From contig JAFPVP010000095.1 in the NCBI GenBank assembly GCA_017412925.1, positions 9,981-73,980 on the forward strand: DNA of 64,000 bases, given 5' to 3'. Every line of letters starts with the position of its first letter. The stretch's first letter is position 1. A program made the translations under genes and the position numbers. Below the pieces are notes generated by a model, which had not been told where the DNA came from, made no database searches, and saw nothing but the letters and a program-made list of their open reading frames with translations. Shown piece by piece: positions 33,492 through 42,767 of this stretch. The DNA comes from Selenomonadaceae bacterium (GTDB lineage Bacteria; Bacillota; Negativicutes; Selenomonadales; Selenomonadaceae).

Positions 33492-36400
33492 TCAAGCCTC
33501 CAAAATTTCCACGAACTTTTTTTCAAGCAAGCGGCAATATTTAATCGGGTCTAGTGCCGCCGAATTTATGAACATGCCGCGCAGATTTTTATGCAGAAGG
33601 TCAAGCGTCTCAAAATCATTCGCCAAGCCGACCGCATTATTGATGTAATCTTCCACGTCGTTGACTGCCAGCTCGCTCAGCCCGACGCTGTTTAAAATAC
33701 TTTTGCCAAAGCGCGTGCTGTGCCTTGCGCCGTAAAAACTTATCACGGGGACGCCCATATACAGCGCGTCCAAAGTCGTCGCGCCGCCCACGTAAGGATA
33801 GCTGTCAAGGAGAATGTCAAGCTCGCTTATCGCGTCGAAATAATCCGGAACGGCGGGGCGGAAAATAACTCTGTCCATGTCGCAGCCGAGAGATTTTAGT
33901 TTGTTATAAAGTTCGTCGACAGTTTTGTTGCTGATGAATTCCTGCGCGCGCATTAAAAGTTTGGCGGTCGGCACGCGCTTTAAAATCTCCGTCCAAATCG
34001 TGAGCATTTCGTCGGTCATCTTCGAGTAGCGGCAAATCGTCCCGAAAGTCACGTAGCCATTTTTAACGCACGCCGCGCCGTCGGGAGTCAAAACATTTTC
34101 GCGGCGGGCGTAGCTGAACTGCGCGGGCATGTAAAGGAGTTTCTCGGAAAAATATTCGTCGTGTTCGCCGGGCGGGTCGAGCACCTCGTCGGTTATAAAA
34201 TAATCAATCGCCTTTAAGCCCGTCGTCGACATGTAGCCCAGCCCGCTGATTTGTACGGGCGCAGGACGATAAGCCAGCGCGGGCAAGCCGTTATAGCCCG
34301 TGTGCCCCGCCAAATCAAAGGCAATGTCAATCTCGTCGTCGTGAATTTTTTGGGCGATTTCGGCGGCGGAAAGTTTCTGCACGTTGATAAAATGTTCGGC
34401 GGCTTTCCTGTAAAGTTCGGTGAATTCGTCGTCCTTTTTATTTCTGCTGTAGCAAAAAATTTCAAACTTGCTCCTGTCGTGGCAAGAAATAAATCCGAAC
34501 GTGACCGCGAACGCCGCGTGCCGCCTGAAGTCTCCGGAAATGTAGCCAATCTTTATCCGCCCGCGCCGCTCGTGATAAGTCGTGAACGGCTTAACGTCCT
34601 CGAAAAATTTTTGGTAGTCGAAATGGAACGCCGCCATCTCCGCGTTGGAAATGTCAAGGAAATGCAAGCCCAAAAGTATCGCGTCGTAAACTTCAAGCCG
34701 ACTATCTTCCTCTGCGATAAGCTCAAAAGCCTTGCGGTCGTTCTCTATGCCCTCGACGTGGTTGCGGTTGTCGTGCGCGTACTTCGCCATTTTTTTATGA
34801 CACTCCGCGACAAAATCTTGCGGATATTTTTTCTCGGCGTAAATGTAATCCATGGTCTCGCGCATCGCCTCATACGCGCCGATATTGTCGTTCAACATGT
34901 AGCGGCGGTCGGCTATCGTCAACATCAACTTAGCGTCGCGTTTGGATTTACACTGCGCGGCAAGTTCGGCATAATACAACGTGCGCTTGAAATCAAAGCG
35001 GCTCTCAAATTTGCTCTCGCCAATTTTATCTTCCAGCGCAATGTATTCGTCCGCCCGCCCGCGATATTTATCGGAAAGCTCCTCCGTGATTGGCTCCGGC
35101 TCCTGTGGGAAATCGGGCAACGGCTTGCCATTAACCCACGCCGTGAAAATTTTTTCGTAGGCTTGCTCAACTTCGCCCATGTAAATTGTATCGTTCATGA
35201 CGGGCGATTGCTCCATTTTGCGCCGAATTGTTAAATGGTACTCGCGGATTCTGTCCCAATCGTTGCCAAGCTCAATCGCCTTTTGAACGTATTCTTCCTC
35301 ACTGAAGGCGCAAAGCTCCGCCAAGCCGATATTCATCAGCAAAGAATAGCCGAAGCGCGAATTGTGCCGCTCGCCGACCAAAGTTATCACGGGGACGCCC
35401 ATATACAGCGCGTCGCAAGTGGTGCCGCCGCCAGGGTAAGGGAAAGTGTCCAGCGCGATGTCCGTCTCCTCATATTTTTGCGTGTATTCGTCTTCGTTGA
35501 CTTCAAGGCGCACGCGCTCAAGGTCAATGCCAACCGCCCTAAGCCGCTTCTTGACGAACTCAAGCCCCCTGCCCTCAAAAAGAGCGTAGTGCTTAAGATA
35601 AAGTTTGGAATTCGGCACGCCGTCCAAAATTCGCGCCCAGAGCTTCAACATTTCGTCGGTAACTTTATTTAGATTGTTGAAACTCACGAACGTTACGTAG
35701 CCGGCTTTGGTGCACGGGGCGGGGGCGACAGGGTGCTGAATATCATGCCAAACGTAGCAGAAATGACTGTGTTGCAGACGCAAGATTTTCTCCGTGAAAA
35801 ATTTTTCGTTCAAGCCTTCGGGGTCGGTGAATTTATCGGCAAAAAAATAATCAATCGTGTCAAGCCCCGTCGAATCAATGTAGCCAATGCCCGACATTTG
35901 AATCGGCGCGGGTTTGTACGCCATGACGGGCAGAGAATTATCCGCCGTGTGTCCCGCCAAGTCAACCAAAATATCAATTTCATCTGCCATAATCTGCGCG
36001 GCGACTTCTTTAGCGGGCTTGCCTAAAATATTTCGGAAGGCGTCGACGTTTGCGCGGAATTTTTCGGAGATATTGTCCTCCTCGTTGTTGGCGTAGATAA
36101 AAACTTCAAAGCGCGTCCTGTCGTAGCTCGTGAAGAGATGATAAACGAAAAACGCCACCACGTGAAACCGAACGTCCGGAGAAATGTAGCCGACGCGAAT
36201 TTTTTTGTGCGCGGCGTGTTTCTTGCGATTGTGTTTGAAGCGGGGAATGTGCGCGAGGAGTTTGTTAAAGCCGAGCGTCTCCTCGAAAATTTTTTCGCGG
36301 CTGAAGTTGCGATTGTGCATGTTGAAGAGCATATTGTTATAATCTTCGCGCCGCATTTTTTCTGCCTGCGGAAAGCTCGGAGTATTTTTCACCGGCGCAA

Positions 36401-37868
36401 GATTTCTTTTGGCGTTGGTCGCATAATATTTGAGCGCGTTATCAATATCGCCGATACGCCAATGAGCCTGCCCCAAGGTGTTGCAAAGCATCATCGTCGT
36501 CATAAAATTGCCGTCGTCAGCGTCAAGCGCAGGTTTCGCAATTTTTATGGCTTCTAAGTGATTTTTCTTGAGTATGTAACCTTGAGCTTGAAGCAAGGAA
36601 CGGTATCGCGTCGGCGGGAAATTTTTTTTCAGATAATCCAAGACCTCGAAAGCCGCCACAAGTTTGCATTGAGTGTAAATGGAGGCGACTCTTTCCACGG
36701 GTTCAGGCTCGTCCGGTTTAAGCGCGAAAATTTTTCCGGCAATGCGTATCGCCGCGTTCGTGTCGTTCAAAATGTCCACGCAATGAATCAGCTCTTGTGT
36801 CAGCCGCGAAACTTCAAGGCGTTTTTCTTCGGGCGTGAAAATAATTTTCCCGCGCCATTCGTCAATCATCATCTGCGCGGCGTGTAATCTGACCTCGTCA
36901 AAATTCGTCGACTCGAATTGTTCGCCGTAGTTTTTGAACTTGTCAATCGCCCACGTCATTTCCGCCACTGCCCCGCGATAATCGCCCTGCCGCGCCAAAC
37001 AATCGGCAAGCACTGCGGAAAATTCCGGCACCTTCGGATAACGTTCGACTGCCAGCTTAGCGATCTCAAAACATTCCTCGAAACGCGACGAATCTTTTTC
37101 CAAAATCTCAAGCAAAATACTAATGGGGCGGTTCGACGGATTTTTTCGCGCCGCCAAGTCAAGCCGCGCAAATTTCTCCGCGTTCCTCCAATCTTCCACG
37201 GCATAGTAAGCGTCAACCAAATAGGCGTAAATTCTTTCGGGCTTGTCGGAAGTGTTCAGCTCTTCAAGCAGGAGTTTCAAATTCCGTTCTGCCTTAGCAC
37301 GCGAAATCGTCGCCGAATAGCCCGTATGATAAAGTGTCAGCAAATCGGCGGAAATCATTGCGCGGTTCAAAGGTTCGTCGTCCAAATAAACGTCCTCATG
37401 AATTTTGCCGACGTAACGGACGCCCTCCGTCTTCTCAAAAATCCTCAGCACGTAGGTCGCGTTGATAATTTTGTTGTCGTTGTCCGCGTCGACGTTCACC
37501 CACTTGACGAGGAGCCCCGGAATATTTTTGTTCTTTGCCTGCTTTATGGCGGCGCGGAGATTTTTGGTGGTGTTGTTTATAAAATATTCGTCGGAGTCGA
37601 TAAAAACAATCCAATCGCCCGTCGCCTCACGGAGAGCAACATTGCGCGGAGCGGAGAAATCATCTTGCCATGGTTCGTGAAAAATTTTCGCGCCGAATTC
37701 TTCCGCGACCGCAACAGTTGAATCCGTCGAGCCGGTATCAACAACAATAATTTCGTCGACGCACTTAACCAAACTTTCCAGCGAGCGGCGCAAATCGTTC
37801 GCGGCGTTCTTGACTATGTAGCACGCGGAAATTTTTAGCTTGCCGAATTTCTTTTTATGTTTAGCCAA
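33492..37868 (-). CDS. multidomain glycosyltransferase: GT2 + TPR region + two GT41 (OGT/SPINDLY-like) domains
   Basis: The N-terminal GT2 block is ISACYIVKNAANDL...IIVVDTGSTDSTV...FIDSDEYF. TPR-like helical repeats follow. Two copies of the OGT-type C-terminal catalytic region are present (RVGYISPDVRFHVVAFF...YKPAPIQMSGIGY...TFPYPGGGTTCDALYMGVPVITL and KIGYISGDFRRHAAFAV...YRPAPVQISGLGY...SYPYVGGATTLDALYMGVPVISF). Start moved to TTG 37868, 6 nt after GGAGGAG; ORF-track start is 37883. Confidence 0.8.
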   Translation of the reverse strand: MAKHKKKFGKLKISACYIVKNAANDLRRSLESLVKCVDEIIVVDTGSTDSTVAVAEEFGAKIFHEPWQDDFSAPRNVALREATGDWIVFIDSDEYFINNTTKNLRAAIKQAKNKNIPGLLVKWVNVDADNDNKIINATYVLRIFEKTEGVRYVGKIHEDVYLDDEPLNRAMISADLLTLYHTGYSATISRAKAERNLKLLLEELNTSDKPERIYAYLVDAYYAVEDWRNAEKFARLDLAARKNPSNRPISILLEILEKDSSRFEECFEIAKLAVERYPKVPEFSAVLADCLARQGDYRGAVAEMTWAIDKFKNYGEQFESTNFDEVRLHAAQMMIDEWRGKIIFTPEEKRLEVSRLTQELIHCVDILNDTNAAIRIAGKIFALKPDEPEPVERVASIYTQCKLVAAFEVLDYLKKNFPPTRYRSLLQAQGYILKKNHLEAIKIAKPALDADDGNFMTTMMLCNTLGQAHWRIGDIDNALKYYATNAKRNLAPVKNTPSFPQAEKMRREDYNNMLFNMHNRNFSREKIFEETLGFNKLLAHIPRFKHNRKKHAAHKKIRVGYISPDVRFHVVAFFVYHLFTSYDRTRFEVFIYANNEEDNISEKFRANVDAFRNILGKPAKEVAAQIMADEIDILVDLAGHTADNSLPVMAYKPAPIQMSGIGYIDSTGLDTIDYFFADKFTDPEGLNEKFFTEKILRLQHSHFCYVWHDIQHPVAPAPCTKAGYVTFVSFNNLNKVTDEMLKLWARILDGVPNSKLYLKHYALFEGRGLEFVKKRLRAVGIDLERVRLEVNEDEYTQKYEETDIALDTFPYPGGGTTCDALYMGVPVITLVGERHNSRFGYSLLMNIGLAELCAFSEEEYVQKAIELGNDWDRIREYHLTIRRKMEQSPVMNDTIYMGEVEQAYEKIFTAWVNGKPLPDFPQEPEPITEELSDKYRGRADEYIALEDKIGESKFESRFDFKRTLYYAELAAQCKSKRDAKLMLTIADRRYMLNDNIGAYEAMRETMDYIYAEKKYPQDFVAECHKKMAKYAHDNRNHVEGIENDRKAFELIAEEDSRLEVYDAILLGLHFLDISNAEMAAFHFDYQKFFEDVKPFTTYHERRGRIKIGYISGDFRRHAAFAVTFGFISCHDRSKFEIFCYSRNKKDDEFTELYRKAAEHFINVQKLSAAEIAQKIHDDEIDIAFDLAGHTGYNGLPALAYRPAPVQISGLGYMSTTGLKAIDYFITDEVLDPPGEHDEYFSEKLLYMPAQFSYARRENVLTPDGAACVKNGYVTFGTICRYSKMTDEMLTIWTEILKRVPTAKLLMRAQEFISNKTVDELYNKLKSLGCDMDRVIFRPAVPDYFDAISELDILLDSYPYVGGATTLDALYMGVPVISFYGARHSTRFGKSILNSVGLSELAVNDVEDYINNAVGLANDFETLDLLHKNLRGMFINSAALDPIKYCRLLEKKFVEILEA

Positions 37869-37881
37869 CGTCTTCTCCTCC

Positions 37882-37924
37882 AAAAAATTTTAGGGATTAG
37901 GAACGAAAAGCTCCTAACCCCTAA
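37882..37924 (-). terminator. intrinsic terminator of the symporter gene
   Basis: Minus strand: TTAGGGGTTAGGA-GCTTTTCG-TTCCTAATCCCTAA (13-bp stem, one G-T pair) followed by AATTTTTT. Confidence 0.7.
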
Positions 37925-37938
37925 TTCTTGACGAGTAA

Positions 37939-39318
37939 TTATTTTCCTTGCGCGATAAAATTCTTTTGGTAATCGAAACATTCATTGGCAACGTCTTTGC
38001 TGAGAATCAGTAGGCAAAGCAAGTTTGGAATCGCCATCAAGCCGTTCATCGTGTCGGAGAAATTCCAAACCACGTCGAGCGTTTGCGTCGCGCCGATAAA
38101 AGTTATCAGGCTGAAAATAATTCTGTAGCCGATAATCACGGGGCGCGCTTTGACGAGATACTCAAGCGACTTTTCGCCGTAATATTCCCAGCCGAGAATC
38201 GTAGAGTAAGCAAACAGCGCGAGGGCAATCGAGACGATATATTTCGCGCCCTCGCCGTAAACCGTGCTGAACGCCAGAATTGTCAGCGGTGCGCCCGAAA
38301 TTAATTTGCCGGTTTCAGGGTCGACGGTGCCGAGCACGCCCGAACTTGCGATAACCAAGCCCGTCAAAAAGCAGATAATCATCGTGTCGAAGAAAGTGCC
38401 CGTCATGTTGACGTAGCCTTGACGGGACGCATGGTCAGTTCTTGCCGCCGCCGCCGCGATTGGTGCCGAACCTAAGCCCGCCTCATTCGAGAAGACGCCG
38501 CGCGCCACACCCCAACGCATTGCCGTCAACATGCTCGCGACGATTGAACCGCCGACGCCGCCCGCGACTGCCTCAGGGGCAAACGCCATTTGGAACATTG
38601 TTGCTAAGCCGCTCGGTACATTGCCAAAATTTTTTATAACAATTATCAGCGTGAACAGGATATAGAAGAACGCCATGCTCGGCACGATAAAACTTGAGAC
38701 TTTGCCGATAGAACGGACACCGCGAATCAAAACCGCCAGCGAGCACACGACAAGGATAATCCCTGTGACTTCAGTAGATATGCCAAGGGAACTAAACGCG
38801 GAGCTGATAGAATTCGCCTGCGTCATGTTGCCGATACCGAACGAGGCGCACACCGCGAACAGCGCGAACAACGTCGCCATAATTTTGCCGAAGCCGCCGC
38901 CGATACCGTTTTTCATGGCGTACATCGGACCGCCAGCCATTTCGCCGACGGGGTTTATTTCACGATATTTGACTGCCAGAACCGATTCAGCGTATTTCGT
39001 CGACAGCCCGAACGCCGCGCTTATCCACATCCAAACAATCGCGCCCGGTCCGCCGAGCACCATTGCCGTTGACACGCCGACAATATTACCTGTGCCGACA
39101 GTCGCGCTAAGTGCCGTCATGAGCGATTGGAACGGCGACAGGTCGCCTTTGTTGTCCGCCTTGTGGAGCATGATCATTTTGATTGCGTAAATCAGATTGA
39201 TCCACGGCAAAAATTTCAGGCGGATTGTTAAGAAAATGCCCGTGCCGACCAGGAACGCCAGCATTATCGGACCCCAAACAAAATCGTTCACATCGGTCAA
39301 GAGTTGCGATAGATCCAT
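37939..39318 (-). CDS. alanine/glycine:cation symporter (AGCS family)
   Basis: 459 aa, polytopic. SPFQSLMTALSATVGTGNIVGV and GGPGAIVWMWISAAFG are AGCS signatures. ATG 39318 after an AGGAGGG RBS. Confidence 0.9.
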   Translation of the reverse strand: MDLSQLLTDVNDFVWGPIMLAFLVGTGIFLTIRLKFLPWINLIYAIKMIMLHKADNKGDLSPFQSLMTALSATVGTGNIVGVSTAMVLGGPGAIVWMWISAAFGLSTKYAESVLAVKYREINPVGEMAGGPMYAMKNGIGGGFGKIMATLFALFAVCASFGIGNMTQANSISSAFSSLGISTEVTGIILVVCSLAVLIRGVRSIGKVSSFIVPSMAFFYILFTLIIVIKNFGNVPSGLATMFQMAFAPEAVAGGVGGSIVASMLTAMRWGVARGVFSNEAGLGSAPIAAAAARTDHASRQGYVNMTGTFFDTMIICFLTGLVIASSGVLGTVDPETGKLISGAPLTILAFSTVYGEGAKYIVSIALALFAYSTILGWEYYGEKSLEYLVKARPVIIGYRIIFSLITFIGATQTLDVVWNFSDTMNGLMAIPNLLCLLILSKDVANECFDYQKNFIAQGK

Positions 39319-39370
39319 GAAAAAAAATCCCTCCTGCAAAATCTAAACGATAAAACTTTTCATGCCATAA

Positions 39371-39399
39371 ATTATATTTAATTTTGCATAGCCTGTCAA
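39371..39399 (-). promoter_or_regulatory. putative sigma70 promoter of the symporter gene
   Basis: Minus strand: TTGACA (39399-39394), 17-nt spacer, TATAAT (39376-39371). Confidence 0.55.
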
Positions 39400-39463
39400 A
39401 TTTTCGGCAATGAATACAAAAAAGACGCGCAAAATTTTGCACGCCTTTATTTCGGGAAGAACT

Positions 39464-39997
39464 TCACAGATTAAATTTTTCGCGATGAATATTTTTGAAC
39501 GGCAAATCTTTTTCAGCCCGCGCAGATTTATTTTCGCCCTTGCCGCCCAATGCCACGACGTTTAGCACGGAAAAATTATCGGGCACACCGAGCAGTTGCC
39601 GAATTTCTTTATCGGCGGAGAGATGTTGCCCTGCGCGGTTGCGAATGTGAATCCAGCACGCGCCAACGTCGAATTGTTCCGCCGCGAGCAAAATGTAAGT
39701 CGAGGCAACGGCGGCGTCTTCAATCCAAAGTTCCAAGCCCGCCGTGTTCGCCATGACGACGATAGCAACGTCGGCTTGCGACAGAGGACCCGCGCCCATG
39801 CGTTTGCAGCGGGCAATTTTTTTTATCATATCTTTATCGCGGACGACGACAAATTCAATCGGGTGCCCGCCCCAAGATGACGGCGCGAGCAGAGCAACTT
39901 TTAAAATTTCGTCAACGATTTCGTCGGGAATTTTTTCGCCGGAATATCTTCTGCAAGAACGCCGCCGCCTTGCCAGCTCGAAAAGTTCATTTGTCAT
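39464..39997 (-). CDS. nitroreductase-family protein
   Basis: 177 aa. RRRSCRRYSGEKIPDE...LLAPSSWGG...VVV matches the nitroreductase fold pattern. Confidence 0.85.
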   Translation of the reverse strand: MTNELFELARRRRSCRRYSGEKIPDEIVDEILKVALLAPSSWGGHPIEFVVVRDKDMIKKIARCKRMGAGPLSQADVAIVVMANTAGLELWIEDAAVASTYILLAAEQFDVGACWIHIRNRAGQHLSADKEIRQLLGVPDNFSVLNVVALGGKGENKSARAEKDLPFKNIHREKFNL

Positions 39998-40006
39998 GAC
40001 GCAACC

Positions 40007-40657
40007 TCAATCAAAAATGTACTCAAAAGAATTTTTCTCGGCGTAGAGTTGCCAATAAGCTTCGGCAATATTTTTCGGCGCGAAGTGTTCATTGCTGCCG
40101 ACCACGCCCATGATCTGCACGACGCCCGCGAAAATTCCTTTGTCCTTGAGTTCGGCGTTAAGCATTTGAGCCAGCGCACGCAAAGCCGCCTTGTCCATCG
40201 ACATGCACGCAAAGTCAAAATTCGCGTTGGGATAGACGCCGAATAAGCCGCCCGTGAAAATTATTGCGCCGTCGCCGCGCTCAATTTGTTTAGGCAAAAC
40301 TTGTTGGACGCAGTGAATCGCTCCCGCCACGTCAACTTTGAAATGTTCGACCGCCTCCGCTACAGAAATTTCAGACGCGCGACCGCCGCTCATAAACGCC
40401 GCGTTATAAATCAGCACGTCGACCGCGCCGATTTCCGCAAAAAGTTTCGTCAGCGATTCGGCGTCGGAAACGTCAGCCGCTTTGCCAATAACGTCGTAGC
40501 CCTGCGCACAAAGTTCAGCCGCGTATTCGTCCAAAAGTTTTTGCCGACGCGCAACCAACACCACGCGGAAATTTTCTTTTGCGAACCGTTCGGCGATGTG
40601 ATTGCCCATGCCGCGCCCCGCGCCGATTACTACCGCCAATTTTTTCATGCCGCTCAC
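40007..40657 (-). CDS. SDR-family oxidoreductase
   Basis: 216 aa. Rossmann motif VVIGAGRGMGNHIA and NAA motif (LIYNAAF). Confidence 0.85.
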   Translation of the reverse strand: MSGMKKLAVVIGAGRGMGNHIAERFAKENFRVVLVARRQKLLDEYAAELCAQGYDVIGKAADVSDAESLTKLFAEIGAVDVLIYNAAFMSGGRASEISVAEAVEHFKVDVAGAIHCVQQVLPKQIERGDGAIIFTGGLFGVYPNANFDFACMSMDKAALRALAQMLNAELKDKGIFAGVVQIMGVVGSNEHFAPKNIAEAYWQLYAEKNSFEYIFD

Positions 40658-40661
40658 CCCG

Positions 40662-41792
40662 TCATAAAAATGTATTCTTAATCAAATAATCTTCCGCCGC
40701 GCGAACAAGTTCAGTAATATCCTTGCCCGTCTTGTCGATAATTCGCCCCTCAATCCACGTCTTGCCGGTCTCACGTCCCGCCAAAAATTGCAGCCCGCGA
40801 TAGTAGCCGTTCTCCGCCTGAATCACGAATCCATTGGCATTTTGAACCATGATTGAGTTGTAGGCGTCGAGCACGGCGGCGACCGGCATTCCGTTTTCGC
40901 AAATATTTTCGTAAATGCTAAAGTCACTGCGCGCGACTGGTCCGCTCTCCTTGAAAATTTTCACGGCGTCGAAGAGCAAAGATTTTTCTTCGGCGGACAG
41001 CGGCACAAAATTTTTCGCGAGCGCGATGTTGTCTTTGACCTGCGCCAAACTCGACATGCCCGACAAAATAATTTCCACGCCGTCAAGCCCCGCCGCGAAT
41101 CTGAAACCGTAGGAAGCGTCGGAGGCGGCAGGATTTATTTTTTGTAAGGCGTCGTGAATCTGCGCGGGCAATTTGGCAAGCAAGCCGCCCTTGACCGGCT
41201 CCATGACAAAAATTTTCACGCCGTGCCGCCGAGCAACTTCATAACTGCGCCGCGCCTGAATAAACGGACTTTCCCAATCGTAATAATTTATGACGAGCTG
41301 GACAAAATCCGTTTCGGGGTGCTCAGTCAGCACTCTGTCCAAAATTTCGGGCGTGTCGTGGAAGGAAAAGCCGAATTCGCGAATTCTGCCCTGCCGCTTC
41401 ATTTCCTGCCCGAACTCGAACATATCATACGCGAGAATTTTGCTGTCGTAGGTCGTGGAGTAAATGCTGTGCAGGAGGTAGCGATCAAGATAATCGACGC
41501 CGAGATTTTTTAACTGCTCCTCGAAAGTCGCCCGAACTTTTTCCTTTGAATCCATAAAGAACGTTGGCAATTTCGTCGCCAGCTCAAAGTCGTCGCGCTT
41601 ATGCCGTTCAACCAAAACTTTGCGGACGGTCTCCTCGTTGTGCCCGCCCTGATAAACGTAGCTCGTATCGAAATATTTTCCGCCGCTGCTCAAAAATTCG
41701 TCGACCATGGCGCACGATTCACTAAAATTAATCGCGCCGTCGCTTTGAGAGGGCAAGCGCATCATTCCGAATCCCAACTTATAATTGCTCAT
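40662..41792 (-). CDS. aldo/keto reductase
   Basis: 376 aa. LGFGMMRLP...FDTSYVYQGGHNEE...DYLDRYLLHS is typical of AKR enzymes. Confidence 0.85.
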   Translation of the reverse strand: MSNYKLGFGMMRLPSQSDGAINFSESCAMVDEFLSSGGKYFDTSYVYQGGHNEETVRKVLVERHKRDDFELATKLPTFFMDSKEKVRATFEEQLKNLGVDYLDRYLLHSIYSTTYDSKILAYDMFEFGQEMKRQGRIREFGFSFHDTPEILDRVLTEHPETDFVQLVINYYDWESPFIQARRSYEVARRHGVKIFVMEPVKGGLLAKLPAQIHDALQKINPAASDASYGFRFAAGLDGVEIILSGMSSLAQVKDNIALAKNFVPLSAEEKSLLFDAVKIFKESGPVARSDFSIYENICENGMPVAAVLDAYNSIMVQNANGFVIQAENGYYRGLQFLAGRETGKTWIEGRIIDKTGKDITELVRAAEDYLIKNTFL

Positions 41793-41877
41793 TTCAATTC
41801 ACCTCGCCGAAATTTTATGTTTAGAATTTGCGCGGCGTCGAATACATTTTGATTCATGGGAGGATAAACGCAAGGTT

Positions 41878-42714
41878 ATGATTTCGCACAGCTTGAAAAT
41901 TTTTTTGAGCGTCGCCGAAAAAGGCAGCGTCACAGAGACGGCGAACGAACTTTTTATTTCCCAGCCCGCCGTAAGCAAGACGATTAAAACTTTGGAGCAG
42001 AAATTGAACTTGAAACTTTTTTATCGCGATAAACGGCGCGGCTTAATTCTCACTGACGCGGGCGAAAAAATTTTGTTGCTCGCTCGGCAAATGGAAAATC
42101 TGGAAGAGCGGATTTATCAGACGGCTTTTAGCGAAAATAATTTTCTCGGCGGCAAAGTGCGCGTCGCTTCCGTGCCGATTGCCACGACTTTGATTTTATC
42201 CGGAGCTTTGAAAGATTATCGCGCAAAATATCCTGCGGTGACCGTCGAACTCAAAGAGGGCACGCCCGCCAATGTTCAAAAGATGTTGGAAAATTATATC
42301 GTCGACTTCGCGATAACTTATTCGCCGTTCGGGAATTTTGATTCGGAAATTTTGCTTGAAGATGAGATGGTCGGCACTGGCTCCGCGAAAAATTCCGTCG
42401 AGCTTGGTGACGGCGTCGAGAATTTAATTTTTTGCCGCGCAGGTTTCGAGGTCGTGCGGAAAATTTTCGACATCGACGCGGATAAAAATCTCGTGGTGCA
42501 AAATGCCGAGACTGCCGTTAAATTTGTTGAGGCGGGCAACGGCGTTGGCGTCATATCGAAATTGGTTTTGGCGACGACAAACGGGCGAGTAAAAATTTGT
42601 CGTGTCGAGCCGTCAATCAAAATGCAACTGGGCTTGGCGGCGCACGACTTGAAAGATTTACCGCCACTTGCCGCCGAACTTGTGCGCCTGATAAAAAATC
42701 ATATCGCCGCGTGA
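41878..42714 (+). CDS. LysR-family transcriptional regulator (divergent from the AKR/SDR/nitroreductase operon)
   Basis: HTH block LKIFLSVAEKGSVTETANELFISQPAVSKTIKTLEQKL. Start placed at ATG 41878; the ORF-track start at 41785 overlaps the divergent gene. Confidence 0.85.
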   Translation: MISHSLKIFLSVAEKGSVTETANELFISQPAVSKTIKTLEQKLNLKLFYRDKRRGLILTDAGEKILLLARQMENLEERIYQTAFSENNFLGGKVRVASVPIATTLILSGALKDYRAKYPAVTVELKEGTPANVQKMLENYIVDFAITYSPFGNFDSEILLEDEMVGTGSAKNSVELGDGVENLIFCRAGFEVVRKIFDIDADKNLVVQNAETAVKFVEAGNGVGVISKLVLATTNGRVKICRVEPSIKMQLGLAAHDLKDLPPLAAELVRLIKNHIAA

Positions 42715-42767
42715 ATAATTTTTGCGCAAACAAAAAATGCCCGCCGATTGTGACGAGCGTTTTTTGT

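Noticed and set aside
34251-37721. Long plus-strand ORFs inside the glycosyltransferase gene (34251-35234, 35235-35672, 36138-36557, 36918-37721)
   Set aside because: They are antisense to a 1,458-aa ORF that has clear GT2/GT41 motifs. Their composition is Arg/Phe/Val-rich with no motifs.
39319-39370. Glycine or other riboswitch ahead of the alanine/glycine symporter
   Set aside because: The distance from the predicted -10 to the start codon is only about 50 nt, too short for a glycine riboswitch, and no conserved riboswitch core was recognised.
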